Positions 46,193 to 57,107 of a DNA stretch of 64,000 nt are shown here, one piece after another. Position 1 is the stretch's first letter. The number at the start of each line of letters is the position of its first letter. The position numbers and the translations under genes were made by a program. Source of the stretch: a virus; IMG/VR virus record IMGVR_UViG_3300047368_000324, positions 12,616-76,615 of that record. One strand, given 5' to 3'. The notes under the pieces were generated by a model. The model had not been told where the DNA came from. It saw only the letters and a program-made list of their open reading frames with translations, and searched no databases.

Positions 46193-48662
46193 TTGTATTA
46201 AAAACTTTTCCATTTTTGATGGAAAACAGTATTCTGGAGTTTTCTTTCAACTCTTTAGAAATTAGTAATGTCGCAAGTGGGTCTTCGATTTGTTTTTGAA
46301 TAATTCTAGAAATAGGCCTGGCTCCAAATTTAGAATCCTCTAATTGCCTAACGATATCTTCTTTGATTGTTTTAGAAATAGATAATTTTATATTTTTAAC
46401 TTTGAGCTTTTCTTTAATTGGTTTCAATTCTAAGTCTATTATTTTCAATAAAGATTCTTTGTCAAAGGGCTTGAACATTACAACTTCTGTTAATCTATTA
46501 ACAAATTCTGGCCTTAGTGCTTGACTGGCTTTTTCAATTAATTTTTCTGTATATTTTTCGTTTTCATTTTCTGCTGGAGCAAATCCAACGCCGGGTTTTT
46601 TATGCGCAAGTTCACTACCTATATTGCCAGTGATTATAATTATTGCGTTCCTAAAGTCTCCAACTCGACCTAATCCATCTGTTAACCTTCCTTCTTCCAG
46701 TATTTGCAACATTGATTGAATAACATCAGGGTGAGCTTTTTCTATTTCGTCAAATAAAACTACGCTATGTGGGTTTTTCATGATTTTATCGATTAAAACC
46801 GAGCCCTCTTCGTAGCCTACATATCCTGGAGATGCGCCAGCAAGTCTAGTGCTTGCAGTCTTCTCTGAATACTCACTCATATCCAAGTGAATTATTTCCG
46901 ATTTCTCTCCTAATAGGCATTTTGAAATTTGTTTAGCGGTGTGGGTTTTACCTAATCCGCTCTGGCCTAATAATAAGAAACTGCCTATTGGTTTGCACTC
47001 ATTTCTTAATCCAGACTTAGATCTAAGTATTGCTTGGCATATAGAATCTACAGCTTCTTTTTGACCTATAATTTTAGCCTCAAGTTTTTTATTTAAATTT
47101 AGGAACTTTTCGGACTCTGTCATTGAGAGCTCGCTCATGGGGATGGAGGTGATTTGGCTTACTGTTTTTAGAATATCTTCTTCTTTAATTTTTATCTTTG
47201 CCTTGAATTTTTTCATAGCCCACTGATTTAATTTTTGTGAATACTTTTCTAATAAAGAATCTTGGCTTTTAATTATTTCAATTTTATCTAATTCATTAAT
47301 GCATTTTTCTTCTTCCTTCATTAATCTTTCTAGCTCAGCCTCCATGTCTTTGATAGACTTAGGCCTTACAAATGCTTTAATTTTAATTTTTGCCCCTGTT
47401 TGATCTAAGATGTCTATGGCTTTGTCGGGGAATTGTCTACTAGGTAGGTATCGATTTGCCAAGTTTACGATTAAGTCTAAGCATTCCTTGGGATAAGATA
47501 CATGATGAAACGTTTCGTATTTTGAGACAATGCCGTTAAGGATTTCTCTTGTTTCTACCGCAGACGGAGGCATGCATTTAATTGGCTGAAACCTTCTGTC
47601 TAGCGCTGCATCCTTAAGTATGCTTTTCTTATATTCATTATGAGTTGTCGCTCCAATGCATCTAATATCACCCCTGGCAAGCATGGGCTTTAAAATATTC
47701 GCAGCGTCCATAGTTCCTTCTGCACTACCTGCGCCAACCAGAGTGTGAATTTCATCTATAAACAATATAAATCTTTCTGCTTCCCTAACCTCTTCCAAAA
47801 GACCTTTGAGTCTTTCCTCGAACTGACCCCTGTATTTTGTCCCAGCGATCATTCCTGCTAGGTCTACGGATAAAATATTCTTATCTAGTAAATGTTCTGG
47901 TGCATTACCTTTTGCGATAATTTGAGAAAGGCCTTCGACTAGGGCGGTTTTTCCTACTCCAGCTTCCCCTAGTAGTACGGGATTGTTCTTAGTTCTTCTA
48001 CATAAGGTTTCGCACATTTCAAGCATTTCGTCGTCCCTGCCTATAATTTTATCGAACTTACCCTGCGATGCCAAAAGGGTATAGTTGGTAGTATATTTTT
48101 CAATTAAAGATGGGCTTTGATTTTTTTTACTTTTTTGCGCTGGCGGACTCAATGGTTGCGCTGGGAAATTAGGGTAAATATCTTGAGGATGAACAACATA
48201 TGGAGTTTCATTACTAATTGATAATTTAAAATAATTTTTAATTTCTTCTATAATTATGTCTTCAGGTATATTAATATCTTTAAAATACTGATTAATAGGG
48301 GAGTTTTCATATTTAAGCATGGCAAGTAATAAATGCTCGATGCCTACATAATCATGCCCAAAGTTGTGACTGATAAGGGTTGCTATCTCAAGTATTTGTT
48401 TGAATTTTTTATCAAAGGTTATGTCTTTAATATCTTTTGCTTTTGTCCTTTTCCATTTTCTGGCCACAGATTCTATTAAAGAAGTTGGGTCCAGACCTAC
48501 AGATATTAAAACTTCATGAACGATTCCTGCTTTTAGGTTTAGGATTCCTAAAAATAAATGCTCTAAGGAAACTTTGCTATGTCCCAGCTCTTTGCAGCAT
48601 TTTTTTGCGATTTCTATTGCTCGCTGTGCGCGAGGCGTAAAGTTTGGCTTATGTTCCATCAT
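46179..48662 (-). CDS. clpC: ClpA/ClpC AAA+ ATPase
   Basis: Clp-N repeats, GEAGVGKT, GQSGLGKT, PGYVGYEEG and ClpP-binding VGF loop. Confidence 0.92.
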   Translation of the reverse strand: MMEHKPNFTPRAQRAIEIAKKCCKELGHSKVSLEHLFLGILNLKAGIVHEVLISVGLDPTSLIESVARKWKRTKAKDIKDITFDKKFKQILEIATLISHNFGHDYVGIEHLLLAMLKYENSPINQYFKDINIPEDIIIEEIKNYFKLSISNETPYVVHPQDIYPNFPAQPLSPPAQKSKKNQSPSLIEKYTTNYTLLASQGKFDKIIGRDDEMLEMCETLCRRTKNNPVLLGEAGVGKTALVEGLSQIIAKGNAPEHLLDKNILSVDLAGMIAGTKYRGQFEERLKGLLEEVREAERFILFIDEIHTLVGAGSAEGTMDAANILKPMLARGDIRCIGATTHNEYKKSILKDAALDRRFQPIKCMPPSAVETREILNGIVSKYETFHHVSYPKECLDLIVNLANRYLPSRQFPDKAIDILDQTGAKIKIKAFVRPKSIKDMEAELERLMKEEEKCINELDKIEIIKSQDSLLEKYSQKLNQWAMKKFKAKIKIKEEDILKTVSQITSIPMSELSMTESEKFLNLNKKLEAKIIGQKEAVDSICQAILRSKSGLRNECKPIGSFLLLGQSGLGKTHTAKQISKCLLGEKSEIIHLDMSEYSEKTASTRLAGASPGYVGYEEGSVLIDKIMKNPHSVVLFDEIEKAHPDVIQSMLQILEEGRLTDGLGRVGDFRNAIIIITGNIGSELAHKKPGVGFAPAENENEKYTEKLIEKASQALRPEFVNRLTEVVMFKPFDKESLLKIIDLELKPIKEKLKVKNIKLSISKTIKEDIVRQLEDSKFGARPISRIIQKQIEDPLATLLISKELKENSRILFSIKNGKVFNTIKAV

Positions 48663-48673
48663 ATTGAATTACA

Positions 48674-51229
48674 CTATTTTACGTCAGCGAGTTTCATATA
48701 GATGCTCTCATTCATGATTTTTAAATTTCTTATGAAAAAGGTTTCATCTCCTTTTGACCCGTAAGCTGCCACTATACTATTTTTTTGTGGAACTTCATTG
48801 TTTTCTAAGAATTCATCTAAGCTTTTACTTCTTCTGTTATTGCAGAGCATGCATTGAAATATGCCGTTTTCGTCCGCAATTTCAACTTTCATATATTTAT
48901 TCCCAGACCTACTCGTTCGAACAAAACTATCTTGAACTGAGCCAATAATGCTCGCTGAATCATTTTGCTGCATGCTTAAATAGTCTGAAAAGCTAATAAA
49001 TTTTTGTCCATTTTTAGAAAAAATATTTTTTAAGTTCTGACTATAAGAATAGCCTAATAGCTGATTCTCAAAATACCAGTCTGCGAAATTACTACTTTGG
49101 ATGTTTTTTTGATATATTTTTCTATAAGGTTCATACTTATTTTTAAAGGTTTGAAACCTAGACTCTTTAAATAAAGGCTTTCCATCATCAGCTGGCAGCT
49201 GTTTGTCTCTGGCGTCAACAATGCTATCTAGTAGTTTATAGTTATACTTAGCTCCGAGTTCCAAGAAGTTTCTTTTTTCTCTTGGGGTTAAAATATTAAA
49301 CACCTGAGCTTCTAAAACTAACAAAGGTCTACTACCTTCAAAGTTAGATAAGGCACCAGCCTGTATTAGAGAACATAGGGTTCCTATATTCAATCCAGCT
49401 TGCTTTGCCGCAATAAACATCTCATACTTTGAGTCCGTATCTTCTCCTCGGAATTTAATAAGAGAGTCTATAGACTTCTCGCTAATACCTTTAATACTAT
49501 TCAGTCCATATCTAATATTTTTCCCTTCGACTTTAAAATCCATATCTGACTTTGCTAGGTTTGGTGGAAGCAATTTGATATTAAAGTTGCTTAATTCTTT
49601 ACTAATTCTGCTAATTTCTTCTTGCGGCGCAGGCTCAAACCTGGTCATTTTTAATAAAGATAAAAAGAATTCTTGAGGGTATTTGAACTTTAAGTAAGTC
49701 GTCCATGCTGAAAGGGTGGAGTATGCGATAGAATGACTTTTATTAAAAGAATAGTTTGCACTATCTTCCGCAACTTTCCATAATATTTCACCAATTTCTT
49801 TAGGTAATTTATTCTCAATAATTTTATTTTTAATTTTATCCCTCCACTCTTTCATTTTGTCGACTTTTTTCTTACCAACAATTCTTCTGAGCTGTTCGGA
49901 TTCATCTAAAGTAAAGCCTACCTTTACTGCCATTTTCATCAACTGCTCTTGATAGAGAGGTATGCCGCCCGTGTAACCCAAAACTTCATCGAAGAACTCA
50001 TGAATACTCTGAAAGCTACCTGTCTGGACATATCTTTCATAATTAGATAAAAACTCTAAGGCTCCAGGTCTTGCGATGGCTAGAACTGCACTAAGCTCTT
50101 CTATATTTTTAGGTTTAATTTTTTTACAAACTTTGTAATCTGTCTCCGCTTCTATTTGAAACAGCCCGTGAGGAGTATTTAAATCTTGAAGCGGTAAATA
50201 TACGTCGCCCGAGTGAAGGTCGATATCTTCAGCTTGAATACCTGCTAGTTTACAGGTCTCATCTATAACGCTTAAAGTTCTTAAACCCAAGATATCAAAC
50301 TTAACCATTAATTCTGCAACCCAATTCATGTCATAACCAGTAATTAAAACTCCTTCGGAATTTTTATGTACGGGGCATATGTCTGATATTTTCTGCCTTG
50401 AGATTGCTATACCTGAAGGATGAACTCCTGTGTTTTTATTTAAGCTTTCTATGCCTTTCGCTACTTCAAAAATTTCTATATTTTCATCCGCCCATTTCTT
50501 GAAATCTTCACTTTCCTCGTAAGCCTGAGATAAAGGTAAAACTTTTCCAAACTGTTTTGGTATCATGTCACTAACTCTTGCTGCCTCACTTTCATCTAAA
50601 TCTCCGACTATTTTAATGCACTCTTTCATGCACAACTTTCCACTCAAAGTATTTAAGGTTAGAATTTTAGCAGTTCTTCCTGGGTGTTTTTTCTCAATGT
50701 ACTCAATTACTTTTGGTCTATGCTCATAAGCAATATCATTATCTACATCCGCTAATAGGCTACCATCTAAATAGATTTTATTATTTTTTTCTATTTTCCT
50801 AGCTCTGCTTTTGGAGACAAACCTTTCAAAAAATAAATCGTTCTCTACAGGGTCTATCTTTGTCACACCAATTAAATATAACACAAGCGATCCCGCTGCA
50901 GAACCTCTTCCTGGGCCTGTGGGTATTTTACTTCTGTGGCAAAATTTCAATATATCCCAATTCAATAAAATATAATCAACAAAGCCAAGTTCATTTAATA
51001 TTGATAGTTCTTCTTTTGCTCGATCATAGTAAACTTGTTTATTGTCTTTTTTATGTATATCAAAATCTTTAATACCTTTCCTGCACAAAGACTTTAAGAA
51101 TTCAAAATTATCTATATCATTTGACACATTTAATTCTTCATATTCTTTATGTCCAATATTAATATTTGGAAGCAATACTCCTGGCTCCATGCAGTCTTTA
51201 TATTCTGTAAAATTATCTGAAAAACTCAT
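48674..51229 (-). CDS. dnaE: DNA polymerase III alpha lacking the N-terminal PHP part
   Basis: GPGRGSAAGSLV, DVDND, KFDILGL and YSFNKSHS. Confidence 0.92.
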   Translation of the reverse strand: MSFSDNFTEYKDCMEPGVLLPNINIGHKEYEELNVSNDIDNFEFLKSLCRKGIKDFDIHKKDNKQVYYDRAKEELSILNELGFVDYILLNWDILKFCHRSKIPTGPGRGSAAGSLVLYLIGVTKIDPVENDLFFERFVSKSRARKIEKNNKIYLDGSLLADVDNDIAYEHRPKVIEYIEKKHPGRTAKILTLNTLSGKLCMKECIKIVGDLDESEAARVSDMIPKQFGKVLPLSQAYEESEDFKKWADENIEIFEVAKGIESLNKNTGVHPSGIAISRQKISDICPVHKNSEGVLITGYDMNWVAELMVKFDILGLRTLSVIDETCKLAGIQAEDIDLHSGDVYLPLQDLNTPHGLFQIEAETDYKVCKKIKPKNIEELSAVLAIARPGALEFLSNYERYVQTGSFQSIHEFFDEVLGYTGGIPLYQEQLMKMAVKVGFTLDESEQLRRIVGKKKVDKMKEWRDKIKNKIIENKLPKEIGEILWKVAEDSANYSFNKSHSIAYSTLSAWTTYLKFKYPQEFFLSLLKMTRFEPAPQEEISRISKELSNFNIKLLPPNLAKSDMDFKVEGKNIRYGLNSIKGISEKSIDSLIKFRGEDTDSKYEMFIAAKQAGLNIGTLCSLIQAGALSNFEGSRPLLVLEAQVFNILTPREKRNFLELGAKYNYKLLDSIVDARDKQLPADDGKPLFKESRFQTFKNKYEPYRKIYQKNIQSSNFADWYFENQLLGYSYSQNLKNIFSKNGQKFISFSDYLSMQQNDSASIIGSVQDSFVRTSRSGNKYMKVEIADENGIFQCMLCNNRRSKSLDEFLENNEVPQKNSIVAAYGSKGDETFFIRNLKIMNESIYMKLADVK

Positions 51230-51867
51230 ACTTCAATGTCCCATATCATTTTTTTAAAAAAATCAACATTTCTTTCAATGTCATACAATGCATCATGCAG
51301 TTTCTCTGCTTCAAATTCTATATCATAATCTTTGCAGCACTGCTGTAGGTTTACTTTTAAATTCCTCTCTCTTATATTGAGCAGTCTGTATTGCCAAGAG
51401 ACTAAATCTGTTTCTTTCTGTTTCTTAATACCTTTTTTAATTGCCCTAGCTAAACACACAGTGTCTAGAGAGTTTTTTACATAACTATAGTCGGTTTTCT
51501 TCCCGCAAGCTTTTCTGTGGATATTATGCATATAAAAATCAAATCCAAAGATATTATGTCCTACTTTAATGATGGAAGGATCATATAGGTATTTCTCAAA
51601 ATGATCAAGAACTTTTTTTGCGCAGACATTATTTTTTTCATACTTTACCTTATTGAAGCCCGTGATCTTGGCTGCTTCCTTTGAGACATTTAAGTTTTTC
51701 CATTTAATAAGATAGTCTGCTTTGTCTATGGTTTTATTTAGATCTGTAACTATAAATGCTAATTGCCATGGCTTATTATCCTCGGAGACAAGATTTAGAT
51801 TGCAGGTTTCATAATCAAAAAACATATATTTTTGTTTTTTATTAAACCTTAATAGTGTTTCTTTCAT
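51226..51867 (-). CDS. DEDDh 3'-5' exonuclease
   Basis: FDYET, GHN..FD and HDALYD. Confidence 0.85.
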   Translation of the reverse strand: MKETLLRFNKKQKYMFFDYETCNLNLVSEDNKPWQLAFIVTDLNKTIDKADYLIKWKNLNVSKEAAKITGFNKVKYEKNNVCAKKVLDHFEKYLYDPSIIKVGHNIFGFDFYMHNIHRKACGKKTDYSYVKNSLDTVCLARAIKKGIKKQKETDLVSWQYRLLNIRERNLKVNLQQCCKDYDIEFEAEKLHDALYDIERNVDFFKKMIWDIEV

Positions 51868-52589
51868 AAATTTTTATGTTCTAGGTAAGACTCGAAGCAG
51901 AACTCATCGCTTCCGAAGTGATCCAGGTTTGGTTTGGATAAGCTTTTCTTGCCAAACCTTCTGTTGCAGATGCATTTGTATGTCTGTAATTTTTTAACAT
52001 CAGATTTCTTGTTGTAATATATGGATTTCACAACCTGCGTGTTTAATTTAAATTGATTACAATATTGCATCACTTTACTTTCCAGTACTTCATCAAAGGG
52101 AAGCCCGCACTTTTCTATGAAAAATGTCGGCTTAAGTTCGTTGAGGTCTGGAGTGCAACTGTCGAAACTCATCATATTTTTAAATATGAAAGAATCGTAG
52201 AATGGTATGCAGAGCATTAGGTCTTCAGGCTCCCATATTTCTTTAAGTTTTGATTCTGTAATACACTCTTGTCCGCTATATGCAAGGCTATATATTTTAT
52301 TTAATAATTTTGCACCTTTTGAATTTTTCGCAAAAACTGCAATTTTATGCTCTTGCTCACATATCTTAACTAATAGTCCAAACCTTAACTTAAAGCCGAG
52401 TTCTTCTGAATTTTTTAAAGCTTCAGGAAGTCCTGTTAGGCTGTTTTCTAATAGATATAGTTCTTGCATGTCCTGCTCTTGTAGGATAGAGAATATACTG
52501 GAACTTCCATCTTGTTTATCTTGATTTGGGTTTCCTAGTGTTAATATACTTTTTCCTATACTATAATGTGAAGAGAATATTGGTATCAT
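51864..52589 (-). CDS. PHP domain of DnaE as a separate gene
   Basis: SHYS and FAKN..G...L. Confidence 0.75.
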   Translation of the reverse strand: MIPIFSSHYSIGKSILTLGNPNQDKQDGSSSIFSILQEQDMQELYLLENSLTGLPEALKNSEELGFKLRFGLLVKICEQEHKIAVFAKNSKGAKLLNKIYSLAYSGQECITESKLKEIWEPEDLMLCIPFYDSFIFKNMMSFDSCTPDLNELKPTFFIEKCGLPFDEVLESKVMQYCNQFKLNTQVVKSIYYNKKSDVKKLQTYKCICNRRFGKKSLSKPNLDHFGSDEFCFESYLEHKNL

Positions 52590-52778
52590 TTATGGATATA
52601 AGTATACTCCAAAACATGATTTATGTCAAGATCGTTTAATTATTATTTAATCTTGATAATAAATAAACAACGCCTATAGAGCAGCATATATAAATACTAA
52701 AAAGCGAGGTAGCCCAAAATAAATAAAATAGAATTAATAGTGCAAGTTGCACATTCTTAAGCAAATTTCTCATGGCAA

Positions 52779-53234
52779 TTATTTAAGCAAACTTATTAAT
52801 TTTTCATCAATCGGCGTTGGTAGTACAGATAGTTTTGATTTTTTAAACCATCCAGATTCGGTATGCTCGTAGCATAAATCTGGAGTCAATATGTCTTGGA
52901 CTTCATATTTAAATATCGATAGCCTTTCTAATGTCCCTACATATTTAAAGTTTTTTTCTGGAAAATCGAATCCAGTCTCTTCTTTTAGTTCTCTAACTGC
53001 ACATTGCAGAGGAGTTTCTCCTTCTTCTATAGAGCCACAAAAGCAAGACCAGTGTCCGGCATAGGGAGGAGGCTTTTTAGAAAATGGACAAATTTCTATT
53101 CTTCTTGCAAGTAGTATAAGATTTTTGTAATATACAACTGTGCCTGCATATAGTGAATTTTCATAACTCGAATTGCCCTGAACATTGCCACTTAGGACAT
53201 CCCTCGTATTGTCTTTTTTCAATTGTTTTTTCAT
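52779..53234 (-). CDS. NUDIX hydrolase
   Basis: GSIEEGETPLQCAVRELKEETG Nudix box. Confidence 0.9.
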   Translation of the reverse strand: MKKQLKKDNTRDVLSGNVQGNSSYENSLYAGTVVYYKNLILLARRIEICPFSKKPPPYAGHWSCFCGSIEEGETPLQCAVRELKEETGFDFPEKNFKYVGTLERLSIFKYEVQDILTPDLCYEHTESGWFKKSKLSVLPTPIDEKLISLLK

Positions 53235-54237
53235 CTTGAGCTAATTCTGTTAAAGAATCCTTATCTTCAATATACACGCTTTTTTCTATTTTACCATCTT
53301 TGTCAACCAATACGTAGTATTCAAAAGCTTTTCTAAAAGGACATATAAATGCTTTTATTGGGTTTCCTTCTTTGTCTTTGAGCTGTTTACCCTTACTCAT
53401 CTTAAAGCCATCTTTTCCGCACGCCAACGGTCCACCAAATGTACCATCCTTAGGATAATTTTGGTCTGCTGCGAAGTTTTCTTTAGCATTATTTTCATCA
53501 AAGTTGTCTATAAAGTTTTGTATTGAAGATAATTCAAATTCAAAACCCTCTAGTACATCGTCAGTTAAGTAGTCCATTTTAATTCTTCCTGGACCAGCTT
53601 CACCTAATAAGTTTTTATCTAAATTGAATTTTAAGAATAGAAATTCTGAAATACTCTTATATTCTGGGAAGAGTTTTTTTACTGCAAGGCAATACATTAA
53701 ATCTTGCATATTATCTGTAATTTCTTTTCCTTTGAATTTCTGCTTACTAGTTTTAAAATCTCGAATGATTGCTGTTTTATCTTTATATAAAAAAAGTTTA
53801 TCTATAAAGCCTCTAATGTTGTATCTTTTTCCATCTTCATCTATTGATAGGTTGAAGTCTTTTTCTGAATATGAATAATCTAAGTCTCCTTCTTCTTTCC
53901 CAAAGAAATCATAATTTAAACCATTTAGGGTCATTTTGTTTATATCCTCTAGGTTTTCTGGATCATTGACATTTAATCTTCTGGCATGCTTTTGGACCAT
54001 TTGGGCTATAGATTTTACAGACCAGATTGATTTATGCTTAATTATTTCTTTTATGTATTTTTGATGCCTTGGGTTGCCTAGCACTTCAAAAACTAAATGA
54101 CATATCCACCCTTTACTTGCTCCGTCGTTACTTTTGTCTGGTAGTTTTAATATATATTTACACCAATATGTCCACGAGCATTGCTGCGCAGTTTTTATTC
54201 TACTTGCCGAAAGGAAGGTTTTTTTTGTTGTTGTCAT
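53161..54237 (-). CDS. PD-(D/E)xK nuclease (AddB/Cas4-like)
   Basis: LSASRI...C, RGFIDK, IRDFKTS and C-terminal cysteines. Confidence 0.8.
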   Translation of the reverse strand: MTTTKKTFLSASRIKTAQQCSWTYWCKYILKLPDKSNDGASKGWICHLVFEVLGNPRHQKYIKEIIKHKSIWSVKSIAQMVQKHARRLNVNDPENLEDINKMTLNGLNYDFFGKEEGDLDYSYSEKDFNLSIDEDGKRYNIRGFIDKLFLYKDKTAIIRDFKTSKQKFKGKEITDNMQDLMYCLAVKKLFPEYKSISEFLFLKFNLDKNLLGEAGPGRIKMDYLTDDVLEGFEFELSSIQNFIDNFDENNAKENFAADQNYPKDGTFGGPLACGKDGFKMSKGKQLKDKEGNPIKAFICPFRKAFEYYVLVDKDGKIEKSVYIEDKDSLTELAQDEKTIEKRQYEGCPKWQCSGQFEL

Positions 54238-55283
54238 TTTATAAATTTAATTTTCTTCGATAAAGCTTGAGACAGTTTGCCCTCGCTTCTCATTTTTTCG
54301 CATGCGTTTTTAATTTTTTCTATTTGATTACCTTTGATGCATTTATCTAGTTTCTCCGACCATTCATTGAAATCTTCGGTATTCATATCTCCAAAGTCGG
54401 ACTTAGTGGGTAGACATATTTTTAATGATTCGGGTGCAAAAAAGGTTGTTAGTTTAAGGAAGTTTTTAAAACACGCATTCATCCCTCTATTTTCAGATGA
54501 AGAGAAATCATTATTAAGAGATAAAATTATATTTTTAATCGGAAGGGAAACTAAGAATGTTGATAGCTTGCTTGAAATATCTAATCCAAATGAAACTAGT
54601 ACGTTGTGGTGGCCATTCTCTTTTAGGTTTAAAAGATCGCCAATGCTTTCAACGATAATTACTGATTGGGCTTCTTCAATATATTTTATTGTATTTTTAT
54701 CTGTATGCATTGGATATATCCAGTTTGTCTTTCGTCCAATATGTTTCCATTTTGGCCTGTTGCTGCTTGTTTGCTTTGACATATCTCTACCAGAGAACCC
54801 GTGGATTAAGTCGTTTTCATTAAAAATCGGGAAAACAAAACGCTGATTAAGTTGACCAGTGCTCGCTAACCCTCCTTTTAGAGATTTTAATGTTTCTGTT
54901 GAAATACCTTTGTCGTTATAAAATTTATAATGCGGCAATAATCTTTCTAGTATTTTTAAGTCATATGTTTCTTCGACTTGTAGTTTAGGGGCTGTCGATT
55001 TAGTGACTGTATTAAATCCTATCGATTCTGCAGGATCTTCGTCTATGTATTTAGATATTTCTTTGGGATCGTTAGTGCCTAGTGTAATTTCTACTAAACG
55101 AGAAAAAGGAGACCAAGGTGTGTTTTCTACATAGTCTTTCCATATGCCTTTATCTTTATAGATTTGAATCGCTGTTTGATTGTCTCCATTTCTGAAAATA
55201 GCATTTGTCTGCCAGTAAGAGCCTCTGTCGTTTAATTTAAAACCTAAGGCTAATAATGATTCTTTGATTTTTTCTGAATTCAT
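54234..55283 (-). CDS. DNA primase (TOPRIM)
   Basis: FPI, GFSGR, PKW, VESIGD and DFGD. Confidence 0.8.
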   Translation of the reverse strand: MNSEKIKESLLALGFKLNDRGSYWQTNAIFRNGDNQTAIQIYKDKGIWKDYVENTPWSPFSRLVEITLGTNDPKEISKYIDEDPAESIGFNTVTKSTAPKLQVEETYDLKILERLLPHYKFYNDKGISTETLKSLKGGLASTGQLNQRFVFPIFNENDLIHGFSGRDMSKQTSSNRPKWKHIGRKTNWIYPMHTDKNTIKYIEEAQSVIIVESIGDLLNLKENGHHNVLVSFGLDISSKLSTFLVSLPIKNIILSLNNDFSSSENRGMNACFKNFLKLTTFFAPESLKICLPTKSDFGDMNTEDFNEWSEKLDKCIKGNQIEKIKNACEKMRSEGKLSQALSKKIKFIK

Positions 55284-56800
55284 GAGAAGTTAGGTGCTTC
55301 AAAGAAGCCGTTTCCAGCATTTGCTTCTACGTCGTTTAAGTCCATATTATCTGCAAGATCCTTAAGATCCCCTTTGTCTGTCACATTAAAATTATTAATC
55401 TCTAAGTTGATTGAATTTTTTCTCCTTGAACCATCTGGCATCTCCACAGGACTTAACGCCCTGTAGACATCTGGACCAAGATGCCTATGCTTTATGCATG
55501 TTAATCTATGGGTTCCGAAATCAGTTGGCTCGTTTTGTAGTTCATCTAAAGTTTTTTGCCTTAAACTTAAAAGGTGAGAAGAGAATTGAATAATTCTATC
55601 ACTGAGAGAAACTATGCTTTCATCATCAACTACAGAATCCGAATTTCTACTACCAACGATTCCTGACCTATTACTCTGCACACTTGTCATCATTGCAATC
55701 ATAGGTTCTCCTTCGTAAACGATTTCCTTTTGAACTAACCTTTTAAACTTATCTACCATTTCTCCTACGACTTGCCACTCGGTTTTTGTGTTAAAATTTT
55801 CGAATGTAGTTTTGATATAATCGAAGCTTAGAATCATTCTGTTGCCTCTTCCGACTTTGGAATAATAAAACCTCTTAACCACATTAATCATGTTGTCTAC
55901 GGACATTCCCCCGACATTGTAATAGTAAAACTTCATGTCTTTCACCTGCTTAAGGGCTCGTCTCATTTTTAGAACAGTTTCTTCTCCTGCTCTGCGCCAT
56001 TTTCCTGTTTCAATTAAATGCAACTGTACGCCTGATATTGCTGCGCATTGCCTATTCATGATTTCTTCCCTGCTCATTTCTCCGTTGTCAAAGTGTAATA
56101 CTGGCGCGTTTTCATATGACATAGATGTTTTAGTGCAGAAGTCCATGCAGAATTGAGTTTTACCCACTCCAGAACGCGCCACAATAACTGTTATGTTGCC
56201 TGGCCTTAGGAGCGAGCCATATAGATTATTTATTGTTTTATGCGGACCTAAGAAGCCGTATTCTTCAACTGGGTTTTCTCCACGCTCCTCTATAACTTCT
56301 TCCATGTCTTCAAATATATTGCTTGGAAGATCATCGCCTTCTTGGAATAGATCTATTTTTTTATTATAAATTTCATCTGCAGTTTCGACTATTTCTGAAT
56401 ATGTTGCGGTGTTTGGTAGTTCTTGTATTTTTTTAGCCATTTCAGAAGATGCACTGCACAGTGTTCTTTTGACGGTTAATTTTTTTAATTCTTTTGCAGA
56501 CACCATTAAGGAGTCTTCAGATACTCTTCTCATGGAAAGAGATTTGATGTAGTCAAATATGTTTAAATTATCTTCAAAAGAGATGCCTAGGGAATTTACT
56601 CTTTCTGCTAAAATTACCTCGTCTATCTTTTCTCCAGAAGACAAGGCCTGCCTTAAAACGCAAAAGATTGTTTTATTTACCTGACTAGACAGATCAAAGA
56701 AATCTTCATCAGATATAAATGGTGCGATTTCAGCGTAAGCCCCTGGGAATTTAATTAACCCAGCTAAAAGTTGTTGTTCGCATTCGTAAGAATATATCAT
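55280..56800 (-). CDS. dnaB: replicative DNA helicase
   Basis: ARSGVGKT, EMS, DY, Q.NR and KHRH. Confidence 0.88.
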   Translation of the reverse strand: MIYSYECEQQLLAGLIKFPGAYAEIAPFISDEDFFDLSSQVNKTIFCVLRQALSSGEKIDEVILAERVNSLGISFEDNLNIFDYIKSLSMRRVSEDSLMVSAKELKKLTVKRTLCSASSEMAKKIQELPNTATYSEIVETADEIYNKKIDLFQEGDDLPSNIFEDMEEVIEERGENPVEEYGFLGPHKTINNLYGSLLRPGNITVIVARSGVGKTQFCMDFCTKTSMSYENAPVLHFDNGEMSREEIMNRQCAAISGVQLHLIETGKWRRAGEETVLKMRRALKQVKDMKFYYYNVGGMSVDNMINVVKRFYYSKVGRGNRMILSFDYIKTTFENFNTKTEWQVVGEMVDKFKRLVQKEIVYEGEPMIAMMTSVQSNRSGIVGSRNSDSVVDDESIVSLSDRIIQFSSHLLSLRQKTLDELQNEPTDFGTHRLTCIKHRHLGPDVYRALSPVEMPDGSRRKNSINLEINNFNVTDKGDLKDLADNMDLNDVEANAGNGFFEAPNFS

Positions 56801-56849
56801 ATGGTATAAATATACCAGCTTAGGGCTTTTTTGTCAAGTAATTAACTTT

Positions 56850-57107
56850 TTACTCCCCTGGATTTATATCAGGCCTCGTCAATAAAGAGCACTCCTCGAG
56901 GTAGTCTTCCGCAGCTTTTCTTAAACCCATATCTATAACGGGAGAGCAGGATTGAGATATTATTTGTGGAGTACCTGATTGATCTGCAAAGATTAAAATG
57001 AAACCTTTGTTTTCTTCAGAAGAGCCCGAGAATTCGTATATTTTACTAAGCAAATTACTTGGCATAGAAAACTCAGGAAGAGAGTCTGGATTAATTTCTT
57101 CACTCAT
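56850..57107 (-). CDS. hypothetical protein
   Basis: ORF in operon. Confidence 0.65.
   Translation of the reverse strand: MSEEINPDSLPEFSMPSNLLSKIYEFSGSSEENKGFILIFADQSGTPQIISQSCSPVIDMGLRKAAEDYLEECSLLTRPDINPGE

Noticed and set aside
53161-54237. Cas4 as part of a CRISPR system
   Set aside because: It lies in a replication operon and is a common phage PD-(D/E)xK nuclease.
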